DNA from: Acidobacteriota bacterium
GTDB taxonomy: Bacteria > Acidobacteriota > UBA890 > WLXD01
Direction: 5' to 3'
Assembly: GCA_965205505.1 (NCBI GenBank)
Contig: CBDBHB010000009.1
Coordinates: 992,001 to 1,056,000, forward strand
Length of the DNA: 64,000 bases
Below are positions 38,513 to 48,693 of this stretch, piece after piece (positions within the stretch are counted from its first letter, which is position 1; every line of letters begins with the position of its first letter). The notes beneath the pieces are model-generated. The model was not told where the DNA came from. It searched no databases and saw only the letters and a program-made list of their open reading frames with translations. The position numbers were made by a program, and so were the translations under genes.

Positions 38513-39676
38513 ATGCGCGAGCGCCGATGCCGCACGCCTTGCAGCGTGTTGGCAAGTCTCATGCTGCTGCCATGGCTAGCCGGCTGTTCCGGCGAGCGGG
38601 CCGCGGCCGCCGACCCGTCGGTCCCGGAGGCGCTCGCCCCCGCGGAGGACATGGTTCGCGAAGGGACGTTCCGGCAGATGTTGTTGATGACCGGAGAACT
38701 GAAAGCGGCGTACGGGGAGCAAGTTCAAGTACCACGGCTGCCCAGCTGGCAGACGACGATCCGGTGGATGGTCGAGGACGGAGCGCTCGTCGCCGAGGGT
38801 GATCGGCTGGTCGAGCTCGATACAGCGGAGATCGCCAGCGACCTGGAGAACAAGATCACCGCTCGCCAGACCGCGGCAAATCAGCTCGTTCGTCGTCAAG
38901 CCGAGCTCCAGGGGGAGACAGCACAGAAGGAGTTCGATGTCGAACGCAACCGCGTGGCGATGCGCAAGGCCGAGATCGAAGCGCAAGTTCCCGAGGACGT
39001 GCAGACGCGCAAGACCCACCAGGAAAAACAGCTCGCCTACGAGCAGGCACTCGTTGCCCATGAGAAGGCGATGGTGGACATGCGGGGGCATCTGGAAGCC
39101 GCTGAGGCCGAGCTCGATGTGCTCCGTATCGACACCGCCCAGGCCGAGCGCGAAGTAGCGGAGGCGCGCCGGGCAATCGAGACCATGGTGCTGAGGGCAC
39201 CGCAGTCGGGAATCGCGGTGGCGCTCGAGAACCGCCGCGAGGATCGTAAGTTCCAGGTCGGCGATGCAGTATGGGTGAGCGCGGCGATCCTCGAGATTCC
39301 CGACCTGTCCAGGATGGTTGTCGAAGCTCGGCTGTCCGATGTCGATGATGGCAAGATCACGCCCGGTATGCGCGTCGCGTGCACGCCGGATGCGTACCCG
39401 GCGCGAACCATCGGAGGGGTCGTGCGCGCCATCGCCCCGATCGCCACCGCTGGAGGGCGACGGTCGATGCAGCGGTTCTTCACGGTTGAGCTCGACCTCG
39501 ACGAATCCGACCCGCAGCTCATGCGTCCCGGCATGTCGGTGAAGGTCGAAGTGGAAACCGCGCTCCGCGAGCGTGCCGTGCTCGTTTCTCGGCGTGCGCT
39601 CGAGTTCGAGGACAACGGCGTCTATGTGCTCCTGGCTGACGCCGGTCGCCAGCGCGCCCGGCTGGGCCTCCGCTGA
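38513..39676 (+). CDS. HlyD-family periplasmic adaptor, lipoprotein (C-terminus short)
   Basis: LAGC lipobox; EDGALVAEGDRLVELD; LRAPQSG; MRPGMSV. Confidence 0.85.
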   Translation: MRERRCRTPCSVLASLMLLPWLAGCSGERAAAADPSVPEALAPAEDMVREGTFRQMLLMTGELKAAYGEQVQVPRLPSWQTTIRWMVEDGALVAEGDRLVELDTAEIASDLENKITARQTAANQLVRRQAELQGETAQKEFDVERNRVAMRKAEIEAQVPEDVQTRKTHQEKQLAYEQALVAHEKAMVDMRGHLEAAEAELDVLRIDTAQAEREVAEARRAIETMVLRAPQSGIAVALENRREDRKFQVGDAVWVSAAILEIPDLSRMVVEARLSDVDDGKITPGMRVACTPDAYPARTIGGVVRAIAPIATAGGRRSMQRFFTVELDLDESDPQLMRPGMSVKVEVETALRERAVLVSRRALEFEDNGVYVLLADAGRQRARLGLR

Positions 39677-40935
39677 TGCCGTCGACGGGCGATCATCCTG
39701 CACGAGCCGGATGGCGTCGCCGCGGTGCCGCCGTGCGTCTCGTCGCTGGCGTTGCCACGCTCGTCGTCGGTACGGGTTGGTGGCTTTCGGCGACGTTCGC
39801 CTCCGGCCCCGATGTCTCTTGGGTGGCGGCGGAGATCGACGATCTGGTGATCGGCGTCGATGTCGAAGGCATCCTGGCATCGCGTGATTCGAGCGAGCTC
39901 GGGCCCCCGCTAGTGCAAGGCTTCTACGACTTCACGATCCGCTTCATGGCCCCGGAAGGCTCGGAGATAAAGCAGAGCGCAGCGGTGCTGAAGTTCGACA
40001 CGTCGGCGCTGGACAGCCGGCTGCTGCAACTGCATACAGAAGCGGAGGAGGCGGGCAAGAACATCGAGAAGCTCGACGGCGATACCCAACAGCAGCTCAT
40101 GACCCTCGAGCTGCAGCTCGCCGAGGCGGACGCCAATCTCAGCAAGGCGCGCTTGCAGAACGATGTGCCCGATGACCTGCGCTCGGCCAATCAGGCGGAG
40201 ATCGATCGGCTGGACTTGGAAGTTGCCGAGGTGGAGGTGCGTAGCCTCCAGGGCCGGCTCACAGCAGCCACGACAGCTGCCGCGGCGCAGCGCGAGGCGC
40301 TGGTGGCGCAACGCGACCGGGCCGTGCGGCTGGTGGCCGAGACCGCGACCGCGATCGAGAGCCTGACGGTGACCTCGCCCAGGGCCGGCACAGTCATCTA
40401 TTCGACCAACTGGCGCGGCGAAAAGAAGAAGGTGGGCGATTCGGTGTGGCGCAATGATTCCATTGTCGAGGTTCCCAACCTCGCCCGGATGATGGGGCTG
40501 GGAGAGGTCGATGAGGCCGATGCCGGCCGCGTTCACGAGGGACAGTCGGTCACGCTACGGCTCGACGCCCATCCCGACATCCGGTATCACGCGCGAATCG
40601 AAACGGTGACGATGACGGTGCAGCGTAAGCGCGCGTCGCGCAATCCGCTGAAGGTGATGCGGCTCGAGCTGGCGCTTGCCGACACCGATACCAAGCGCAT
40701 GCGGCCGGGGATGCGATTCCGGGGGACCGTGGAGGCCGAGCGTATGATCGATGTGCTGGTGATCCCGGCGCACGCGGTGTTTCCATCCGGCGGCGGGCCG
40801 GTCGTCTATCGGCGGTCCTTGCTCGGGTACGAGCGCGTGCGTGTTGAGCTCGGCGCTCGCAACGCCCTCGTCGTGCAGGTGCTCAACGGTCTCTCGGCTG
40901 GCGATCACGTCGCCGAGGTCCGGCCGGACGCATGA
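39676..40935 (+). CDS. HlyD-family periplasmic adaptor
   Basis: APEGSEIK, VTSPRAG, MRPGMRF, GLSAGDHV; TGATG coupling. Confidence 0.88.
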   Translation: MPSTGDHPARAGWRRRGAAVRLVAGVATLVVGTGWWLSATFASGPDVSWVAAEIDDLVIGVDVEGILASRDSSELGPPLVQGFYDFTIRFMAPEGSEIKQSAAVLKFDTSALDSRLLQLHTEAEEAGKNIEKLDGDTQQQLMTLELQLAEADANLSKARLQNDVPDDLRSANQAEIDRLDLEVAEVEVRSLQGRLTAATTAAAAQREALVAQRDRAVRLVAETATAIESLTVTSPRAGTVIYSTNWRGEKKKVGDSVWRNDSIVEVPNLARMMGLGEVDEADAGRVHEGQSVTLRLDAHPDIRYHARIETVTMTVQRKRASRNPLKVMRLELALADTDTKRMRPGMRFRGTVEAERMIDVLVIPAHAVFPSGGGPVVYRRSLLGYERVRVELGARNALVVQVLNGLSAGDHVAEVRPDA

Positions 40936-42221
40936 TGCCACGCATCCGCCTGATCGTAGTCGCGACGACCCTGCTGATAGCAGTCGTGGGGGCGGTCGGA
41001 CTGGCTCGCTCGTGGAGCGGCGCCGATACGCTCGCCACGTACCGGGTGGAGCGCGACCGCTTCCTGCATCGCATCGATGCAGAAGGGATGCTGATCGCCG
41101 CGACCGCTACCGTGCTGACGGTGCCTGCTACCACGGCCAAGGAGCCCATGAAGATCGCCTGGCTGGCCCGGGACGGTTCGCATGTCGAAGCCGATCAGGT
41201 GGTGATCCGGTTCGATCCCACAGACATGGAGAATGAGCTGCTCAGCGGTCAAGCCGATCGCGACAAGGCGGCCAGTCGAACCCAGCAGACGAGCATCCAA
41301 CAGAGCACCCAGCTGGATAACCTCGGCCGCGATGCGGCGCTGGCCACGCTGCAGCTCCAGCACGCCCGAGACTTTCAGAGTACCGACGCAGAGATCTATT
41401 CGAGCAAGGAGATCCTCGAGTCACAGATCGACGAGGAACTGGCCAGCACGCGCAAGCAACATGCCGAGGACGCGCAGGAGATCCGCGCCGCGATCGGCGA
41501 GGTGGAGCTCGACCTGCTCGATCTCGAGCGTCGCCGGGCGGAGCTCACCATCGAGCAGGCAGAGGCCGGGTTGAGTGCGCTGGAGGTCAAGGCCCCACAC
41601 GAGGGCATCTTCGTTCTGCGCCGCAACCGGATGGGGGAACCGCCGACTGTCGGCCAGGTTGCCTTCGGCAGCCAGCCGATCGCCGAGATCCCGCAGCTCG
41701 GGGTGATGAAGGCCCAGATCTTCGTGCTCGAGGCCGCCGCCGGTGGTGTCGAGGTGGGTATCCCGGCCCAGGTCGTGCTGGAGTCCCATCCCGGCGAAAT
41801 GGTCGAGGCCACCGTGCGGGTAGTCGCGGCGGTCGCCAAGCGACGCAACCGCTGGTCACCGGTGCAGTACTTCGACGTCGAGCTCGAGCTGTCGACCACC
41901 GATCCCACGATGATGAAGCCTGGTCAGAGGGTGCGGGCCACGCTGCTACTGCAGGACCTCGACGACGTGCTCGCGGTTCCGCGCGAGGCGGTATTCCAGG
42001 ACGACGATGGCGGCCCGTTCGTCTACCGGCGTGGCGCGAACGGTTACGAGGTAACGGCCGTACAGCTGGGATCTGCAGCGCTGGGGCGCGTCGTCGTCAA
42101 CTCGGGAATTGCCGCTGGCGACGTCCTGGCGTTGGAGGATCCGACCCGCGCCAGCCTGGCACGGGAGAGCGAGACACCGTCGGGCGGTCCGGGGCTCGTT
42201 GGCGCCGGGACGCGCCCTTGA
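40932..42221 (+). CDS. HlyD-family periplasmic adaptor
   Basis: DGSHVEADQVVIRFD, VKAPHEG, MKPGQRV, GIAAGDVL. Confidence 0.88.
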   Translation: MMPRIRLIVVATTLLIAVVGAVGLARSWSGADTLATYRVERDRFLHRIDAEGMLIAATATVLTVPATTAKEPMKIAWLARDGSHVEADQVVIRFDPTDMENELLSGQADRDKAASRTQQTSIQQSTQLDNLGRDAALATLQLQHARDFQSTDAEIYSSKEILESQIDEELASTRKQHAEDAQEIRAAIGEVELDLLDLERRRAELTIEQAEAGLSALEVKAPHEGIFVLRRNRMGEPPTVGQVAFGSQPIAEIPQLGVMKAQIFVLEAAAGGVEVGIPAQVVLESHPGEMVEATVRVVAAVAKRRNRWSPVQYFDVELELSTTDPTMMKPGQRVRATLLLQDLDDVLAVPREAVFQDDDGGPFVYRRGANGYEVTAVQLGSAALGRVVVNSGIAAGDVLALEDPTRASLARESETPSGGPGLVGAGTRP

Positions 42222-43450
42222 GCGTCGCGGAGGCGCTGCTGAGCGCGCTCACCAATCTGGCGACACACAAGCTCCGGTCGGCGCTGACCATGCTCGGCAT
42301 GATCTTCGGGGTCGGTGCCGTGATCGCGATGCTGTCGATCGGCGCCGGAGCCGAGCGTCAGGCGATGGAGATCATCGATCGCATGGGGTTGCGCAATGTG
42401 CTCGTACGCGATGTCGATCGCAGCGAGGACGAGCTCAACGAGATCCGGCAGACGTCGTTGGGGGTGTCGCTGCGCGACGCGAGCGCCATCCGCGACGGGA
42501 TTCCCGGGGTAGATCTGGCAGTTCCCCGAGTCGAGATCGACGCGTACAAGATCATGGCAGTGGAGTCACGCGCCGAGGGCAGCGTAATCGGGGTGTCGTA
42601 CCGACAGGCCGAGCTGTCCGGGCTGCGTGTCAGCGAGGGGCGGTTCCTCGATCGTCTCGACGAGGAGCTCCATGCGCAGGTGTGCGTTGTCGGTGCGGGA
42701 ATCCGACGGGATCTGTTCGGTGTTGGCGAGGTGCTCGGCGGCCAGGTCAAGATCAACAACGTCTGGTTCGAGGTGGTAGGTGTGCTGGAGGAGGTCGGCG
42801 GTGCCGGATCGTTCGAGGGAGTGGATATCGGTACCAGCGCTTCGGAGATCTATGTCCCCGTCAGCACGGCTATTCGCAAGTTCGACCGCGAGCCGTTGCG
42901 AGCTCCGGTCGACGAGATCGTGGTACGGCTCGACGACCAGGCCTCGCCGCAGGCCAGCGCCGTCGCCATCCGGCGGTTGCTCGAGCGGATTCACGGGGGC
43001 GAGGACGATTTCGAGCTGGTAATCCCGGAGGCCCTGCTGGATCAGAGCCAGCGCACGCAGCGGCTCTTCAACATCGTCATGGGTTGTATCGCCGGCATCT
43101 CACTGCTGGTCGGCGGCATCGGCATCACCAACATCATGTTGGCCACGGTGCTGGAGCGCACGCGTGAGATCGGCATTCGGCGGGCGGTCGGCGCCCGTCG
43201 GCAGGAGATTCGCGCCCAGTTCATGATCGAGGCGTTCGCGATCAGCGTCCTCGGCGGGGCTGCCGGCGTCGCGATGGGCATCATCATCGCCAAGGTGGTG
43301 GCGGCGTCAGCCGGCTGGGAGACTGTCGTGACGGCGTCGTCGATCGTGTTGTCGACGAGCGTGTCGATGGCGGCAGGACTGGTCTCCGGCATTTACCCGG
43401 CCACTCGCGCTGCGCAGCTCGATCCCATCGAGGCGCTGCGCTACGAGTAA
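42218..43450 (+). CDS. MacB-like ABC permease
   Basis: RSALTMLGMIFGV, LLVGGIGITNIM, ERTREIGIRRAVGA, DPIEALRYE. Confidence 0.93.
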   Translation: MSVAEALLSALTNLATHKLRSALTMLGMIFGVGAVIAMLSIGAGAERQAMEIIDRMGLRNVLVRDVDRSEDELNEIRQTSLGVSLRDASAIRDGIPGVDLAVPRVEIDAYKIMAVESRAEGSVIGVSYRQAELSGLRVSEGRFLDRLDEELHAQVCVVGAGIRRDLFGVGEVLGGQVKINNVWFEVVGVLEEVGGAGSFEGVDIGTSASEIYVPVSTAIRKFDREPLRAPVDEIVVRLDDQASPQASAVAIRRLLERIHGGEDDFELVIPEALLDQSQRTQRLFNIVMGCIAGISLLVGGIGITNIMLATVLERTREIGIRRAVGARRQEIRAQFMIEAFAISVLGGAAGVAMGIIIAKVVAASAGWETVVTASSIVLSTSVSMAAGLVSGIYPATRAAQLDPIEALRYE

Positions 43451-43466
43451 CGCCCACCGCTTCGGA

Positions 43467-44984
43467 CTAGCGCACCTTCTCGGAGTAGTTCCCATGTTGG
43501 CGTAGGCGCGTCACGGCGCCGCTCGTATCGACCTCGAACACCCACTCCTCGCCGGGCTCGCCGTTGTCACGCACACGGTGGAACGTGTTTCCCTCGATGT
43601 GCGTGAGCTTGGTCAGGCCACCGAGCGGGTCATCGGTTGGCAAGCTCATGCTGGCGAGGCCGTCCTCCCAGAGCACGATTGCCGACTCTCCCCAGGTGGA
43701 GCGGTACAGGCCGACGTAGCGCTCGAGCTCGCTGTTGTCCGGATCGAGGTCAGCCGAGTCAGCGGTGGCCTCGTCGCGCGCCGCGTCGGCTTCTGCGGCT
43801 GCCGACAGTGCCGGCCCGACGATCTCGTAGGCGCGGCGCGCGTAAAGACCCGGGTTCACGCCCAGCGCGTTGGCCATGACAGTGACCGCTACGCGGTCGC
43901 GCGGCTGCAGCGTGAGGCTACTGCGAAAACCTGGACACGAGCCTCCGTGGCCGACGAACGTCGTGTCGTCACTGCGTGACACCGAGAAGCCGAGTCCCCA
44001 GTGAGCGCTCCAGTCCTCGTCGACCCAGTGCACTCGGTGCATCTCGCGCAGGGTGTTGGCAGCCAGTACCTCGGTCTCTCCGCTGGCCAGGAGCCGGAAC
44101 TGCCATGAGGCGAACTTGGCGAGGTCCTCCACCGTCGAGGCGAAGCCGGCTGCAGGCGAGATGCCGCGCGCCTGGAAGACCGGGACCTGCTCGCGGGACC
44201 CCTCTCGGCGCAGTGGACCGTATCCTGTCGCCAGGCGCCCGCCGGCCTCGTCGGCAGGGATCTCCGTAGTCGTCGAGCTCATATCCAGCGGCCCCAGGAT
44301 GTGCTCTTGGATGTAATCGGCATAGCGCTGTCCCGACACCGCCGCTACCGTCTCGCCCGCCAGGGCCAGGCCGAGGTTGGAGTACTGGAGGTATGTGTCG
44401 GCGGGGTAGAGCGTTTGCTGGCGTGAGTCACTTTCGGTGATCTGCTCGCGCGTCGGGAAGAGGAACTCAGGACCGGTCCAGTACGGATGCGCAGACTCTC
44501 GCGGTAGCCCCGAGGAGTGCGTCAGGACGCCGCGCAGGGTAGCTCGCCCGGAGTCAGCGTGTGATTCCTCGATGTCGAACCACGGAAGGTGGTCACGGAT
44601 CTCGTCGTCGAGGCGCAGGTTGCCGGCATCGCGCTGTTGCATGACAGCGATGCTGGTGAACAGCTTGGAGATCGAGCAGATGCTATAGATCGTCTGCGGC
44701 GTCGCCGGCTGGCGACGCTCGAGGTCGGCAAAACCGAATCCGCGCGCCCAGACGATGTTCTGGTCGTGAACGATCGCCGCTGACAGACCCGGAATGCGCT
44801 TGTAGGCGAGCTCGGCGTCAAGCCAAGTTTCGAGCAGTTGCAGCGCCTTCGCGACGCCCGGGTCGTCGGCCACCCGGTCTGCTGGAGTCCCGGCGGGCGG
44901 TGCTGCGTCGGCAACCGCCTGCGCCCAGGCGTTGGCGGGGATGGACAAGCTCAACACCAGTACCCAGAGGGTGATTCGTCGCAT
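43467..44984 (-). CDS. Secreted serine hydrolase, beta-lactamase class C-like
   Basis: CSISK (SxxK), LTHSSGL, YSN, HGG. Confidence 0.9.
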   Translation of the reverse strand: MRRITLWVLVLSLSIPANAWAQAVADAAPPAGTPADRVADDPGVAKALQLLETWLDAELAYKRIPGLSAAIVHDQNIVWARGFGFADLERRQPATPQTIYSICSISKLFTSIAVMQQRDAGNLRLDDEIRDHLPWFDIEESHADSGRATLRGVLTHSSGLPRESAHPYWTGPEFLFPTREQITESDSRQQTLYPADTYLQYSNLGLALAGETVAAVSGQRYADYIQEHILGPLDMSSTTTEIPADEAGGRLATGYGPLRREGSREQVPVFQARGISPAAGFASTVEDLAKFASWQFRLLASGETEVLAANTLREMHRVHWVDEDWSAHWGLGFSVSRSDDTTFVGHGGSCPGFRSSLTLQPRDRVAVTVMANALGVNPGLYARRAYEIVGPALSAAAEADAARDEATADSADLDPDNSELERYVGLYRSTWGESAIVLWEDGLASMSLPTDDPLGGLTKLTHIEGNTFHRVRDNGEPGEEWVFEVDTSGAVTRLRQHGNYSEKVR

Positions 44985-45153
44985 GGTCAGGTTCCGAGCT
45001 GTGGGACGACAACAGTGTCGCCCACGGCCGCATGCTATCGCTCGCAGGAGCGTGAGTCAGCGGCGCGCGACGACTGCGCAAACGAACAGTGGGATGTCGC
45101 GGCCGCGCCACCGTGCGACACTCCGCGGGAGCATTCCACCCGAGGTCCGTGTC

Positions 45154-45993
45154 ATGTACACAGCCACTGTCAGACTGGCGCTCGCGCTGCCACTCCTGCT
45201 GGCCGCCGAGTCGCCTCACATCCCTGTCGCGAGGACTCCAGTGCTGCAGCGCGTTGCAATTCATGAGCTCGACCTGGCCCTCGACGACGGTACCCAGCTG
45301 CACTACGCCGTGGCGACTCCCGATGACATGGATGCCGCCGAGTCGCTGCCGCTGGTTGTGGGGCTTCACTATGGCTGGCGAGGTGAACAATCCCCGCGGC
45401 TCGGGCGCGACTTCCTGCGCCTCCTGGTCGAGCCGGGCGTCGGTGCCACGCGCGCAATCCTCGTGGCCCCGAACTGCCCGGAGGGCTCGTGGAATCACCC
45501 GCGTGCCGAAGCCGCGGTGCTTGCTCTGGTGGACGCGGTGGTGCGCGAGTATCCGGTCGATACGGATCGCATTCTGGTGACGGGATTCAGCCTCGGCGGC
45601 ATGGGCACATGGTTCTTCGCCGCCAACCATGCCGAGGTGTTCGACGCCGCGATCGCCATCGCTTCCGTGCCCGTCATCGACCATGGTGCCAGGTCGCGCA
45701 CCGACCCGGACGCCTTTCTTGCCGCGCTGGCGGACGGGGTAGCGCCGTGGGTAAGCGGCCTCATGCGCGTTCCATTCTTCGTAATCAATAGTCGTGCCGA
45801 CGAGCTGATTCCCTTCGCCCAGGCGGAGGCCGCGGCCGCGGCACTGGCCGAGCTCGGCGCACCGGTGCGGTTCCTTCCGTTGGAGGGCATAAGTCACTAC
45901 GAGTCGGCTGGCTACGTGCCGGCCCTGCGACAGGGGGTCCGCTGGGTGCTACAGCAATGGGGCGACGCCCCCGAGCCGGGCTCCCGTCAATAG
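45154..45993 (+). CDS. Secreted alpha/beta hydrolase (carboxylesterase/peptidase-like)
   Basis: PLVVGLH, DRILVTGFSLGG, D..IP, GISH. Confidence 0.82.
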   Translation: MYTATVRLALALPLLLAAESPHIPVARTPVLQRVAIHELDLALDDGTQLHYAVATPDDMDAAESLPLVVGLHYGWRGEQSPRLGRDFLRLLVEPGVGATRAILVAPNCPEGSWNHPRAEAAVLALVDAVVREYPVDTDRILVTGFSLGGMGTWFFAANHAEVFDAAIAIASVPVIDHGARSRTDPDAFLAALADGVAPWVSGLMRVPFFVINSRADELIPFAQAEAAAAALAELGAPVRFLPLEGISHYESAGYVPALRQGVRWVLQQWGDAPEPGSRQ

Positions 45994-46005
45994 TTCGGAG
46001 TTGTC

Positions 46006-48693
46006 GTGGTGATGAATACTCGGCTTTCGCGTCATGCGTTCCTCGGTTTGGCACTGGCGCTCGCTTCGGTCGTGTCGGCCGGCGCGCAGCAACCTCGTGG
46101 CCCGATATCGACGGAAGACCGCTTCGCCCGGTATGCCGAGCATGTTCGAATGGCCGAGGCGTCGCCCTTCAAACATCTGCGCTGGCAGTTTCTCGGACCC
46201 ACCAACATCAGCGGCCGCATGACCGATGTTGCGGTGGTCACCCCGCGAGGACAGAGCTATACGCTCTTCGTCGCCGGTGCCTCGGGCGGTGTCTGGCGTA
46301 GCCGCAACGAAGGCGTGTCATGGGAGCCGGTGTTCGAGCGCGGCGTATCCACGTCGATAGGTGACGTCACGATCGCACCGTCCAACCAAGACATCGTCTG
46401 GATCGGAACGGGCGAAGCCAATATCTTTCGCAGCTCGATGGCCGGGTCGGGGGTATACAAGTCGACCGACGGAGGCGACACCTGGGAACACATGGGCCTC
46501 GGAGCTACTCATACCGTGGCTCGTATCGTCATTCATCCCACCGATCCCGCCACCGTTTACGTAGCCGCCTCTGGCCACGAATGGACCGACAACCCGGAGC
46601 GCGGCGTCTACAAGACCACCGACGGCGGCAACACCTGGAACCACGTCCTGTTCGTCAACGATCACACCGGTGCGATCGACGTGGTTGCCGACCCCAGCGC
46701 CCCCGACACGTTGTACGCGGCCACCTGGGATCGCCTGCGAAACAAGTGGAACGATCCGCGAAACACCTCCGACACCGATGGATCGGGGGTGTGGAAAACT
46801 ACCGATGCGGGGGCTAACTGGCGCCGGATTAACGACGGGCTGCCCCCACCCGCCCAGCGCGGCCGCATTGGCATCGACGTTTCCTCCTCGAACACCCACG
46901 TGGCTTACGCGTTCGTCGACAACTACGAGGTCGCGCGGATACCCGAGGAGGACGAAACCGATGCCTATGGCCGACCGGCAGCGCCGGTGATCCGTGGCGC
47001 CACCGTGTACCGCTCCGACGATCGGGGTGAAAGCTGGCGGCAGACCTCTGAGAACAACGACACCATGCAGGGCCTCGGAGGCACCTATGGCTGGGTGTTT
47101 GGCCAGATCCGTGTCGATCCCACCAACGAGGACCGCATCTACGTGATGGGCCTGAGATTGAACGTCTCCGACGACGCCGGCCGTACCTTTCGCCGCCTCG
47201 AGGGGATGCACGGCGACCATCACGGCCTGTGGATCGATCCAGACAACCCCGACTACCTCGTGAACGTGAACGACGGCGGCCTGGCGATCTCCTATGACGC
47301 GGGTGAGAACTGGCGCACCTTCGAGGACAACCTTCCGCTGGCGCAGTTCTTCAACGTCGGCCACGACATGGATGAGCCATTCCGCGTGTACGGATCGATC
47401 CAGGACCACGGCTCGCGACGCGGTGTTGTGGATCTCAGCGGCGGTCGTAGCAATATTTCGGCGGTCCCGTTCGAGAACGCACCTGGAGGCGAGGGATCTA
47501 CCCACGCCATCGACCCCACCGACCCCGATGTGGTGTACGCGGCGGGTTTCTACGGGAGCATATTTCGCGCCGACCTGGGATCGGGCGATCGCCAGCAGCT
47601 GGTGCCGGAGCCGGGGGAGGGGGAGCCGCCCTTGCGTGGACAGTGGGTCGCTCCGTTCATCATCTCACCGCACAACCCGCGGGTGATCTACCACGGCATG
47701 AACTTCCTGTATCGCTCGATGAACCAGGGCGAGTCGTGGGAGCGGATCAGCGACGACCTGACGTACAACGAGATCGACAAGATCGGCGACATCCAGTACC
47801 AGACGATCTACTCGATATCGGAGTCGCCGCTACAGTTTGGCCTGCTGTACGCCGGCACCGATGACGGGCGTGTGTGGACCACCGATACCGCGTCTGGCTG
47901 GGCGGAGATCACGGGCGAGCTGCCGCGCGGCAAGGTCATCGCCGAGATCGTGGCGTCGCAGTACGACCTCGATACCGTTTACATGACGCAAAATGGCAAG
48001 CGCGACGACGACTTCGTGCCCTACCTGTGGAAGTCGATCGACCGTGGCTCCACCTGGCAGGACATCGCCAAAGGGATTCCCGGGGGCCCGATCAACGTCA
48101 TGAAAGAGGACCCCAACGTTGAGGGGGTTCTCTACGTCGGCACTGATACGGGGGCCTACGTCAGCCTCGACGGCGGCGTCGGGTGGCACGCCTTGGCAGC
48201 CGGGATCCCCAACACGTTCGTGCAGGACCTGGTCGTACATCCGCGCGATGACATCCTGGTGGCAGCGACGCACGGGCGCGGAATGTGGGCGCTCGACCTG
48301 CGCCCGATCCAGCAGCTTTCGCCCGAGGTCCGTGGACGACCGTTGCATGTCTTCGATGTCGAGTCGGTGATCCTACCGGACCGTCGAGCAGGGAGGTCCG
48401 ATGGCGCGAGCCGACCGCAGGTGGCAGTCCATTATTGGCTCGGCGCTCCGAGCGAGGTCGTGATTACGGTACAGAACGCCGACAGCGAGATCGTGCGCAT
48501 GCTCGAGGGTACTGGCGACGCGGGCCACAACATGGCGGTATGGGATCTGTCGGTCGACGCCACCGAAGAGAATCGACCGCGGCGCGGCCCACCCCTGGCC
48601 GGCCCTGGGCGCTACACGGTTTTGGTCGACGCGGCGGCCGAGTCGGTGGAAGCGACGTTCACCGTCAGAGGCGGTGGTGGCGAGCGTCGGTAA
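46006..48693 (+). CDS. VPS10/BNR-repeat (Asp-box) glycosyl hydrolase-like protein
   Basis: GPTNISGR; many S.DGG.TW Asp-boxes; ATHGRGMW. Confidence 0.9.
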   Translation: MVMNTRLSRHAFLGLALALASVVSAGAQQPRGPISTEDRFARYAEHVRMAEASPFKHLRWQFLGPTNISGRMTDVAVVTPRGQSYTLFVAGASGGVWRSRNEGVSWEPVFERGVSTSIGDVTIAPSNQDIVWIGTGEANIFRSSMAGSGVYKSTDGGDTWEHMGLGATHTVARIVIHPTDPATVYVAASGHEWTDNPERGVYKTTDGGNTWNHVLFVNDHTGAIDVVADPSAPDTLYAATWDRLRNKWNDPRNTSDTDGSGVWKTTDAGANWRRINDGLPPPAQRGRIGIDVSSSNTHVAYAFVDNYEVARIPEEDETDAYGRPAAPVIRGATVYRSDDRGESWRQTSENNDTMQGLGGTYGWVFGQIRVDPTNEDRIYVMGLRLNVSDDAGRTFRRLEGMHGDHHGLWIDPDNPDYLVNVNDGGLAISYDAGENWRTFEDNLPLAQFFNVGHDMDEPFRVYGSIQDHGSRRGVVDLSGGRSNISAVPFENAPGGEGSTHAIDPTDPDVVYAAGFYGSIFRADLGSGDRQQLVPEPGEGEPPLRGQWVAPFIISPHNPRVIYHGMNFLYRSMNQGESWERISDDLTYNEIDKIGDIQYQTIYSISESPLQFGLLYAGTDDGRVWTTDTASGWAEITGELPRGKVIAEIVASQYDLDTVYMTQNGKRDDDFVPYLWKSIDRGSTWQDIAKGIPGGPINVMKEDPNVEGVLYVGTDTGAYVSLDGGVGWHALAAGIPNTFVQDLVVHPRDDILVAATHGRGMWALDLRPIQQLSPEVRGRPLHVFDVESVILPDRRAGRSDGASRPQVAVHYWLGAPSEVVITVQNADSEIVRMLEGTGDAGHNMAVWDLSVDATEENRPRRGPPLAGPGRYTVLVDAAAESVEATFTVRGGGGERR

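Noticed and set aside
39674-39676. TGA ending the first adaptor as a recoding site
   Set aside because: It overlaps the next ATG (TGATG coupling) and read-through does not restore adaptor-like sequence
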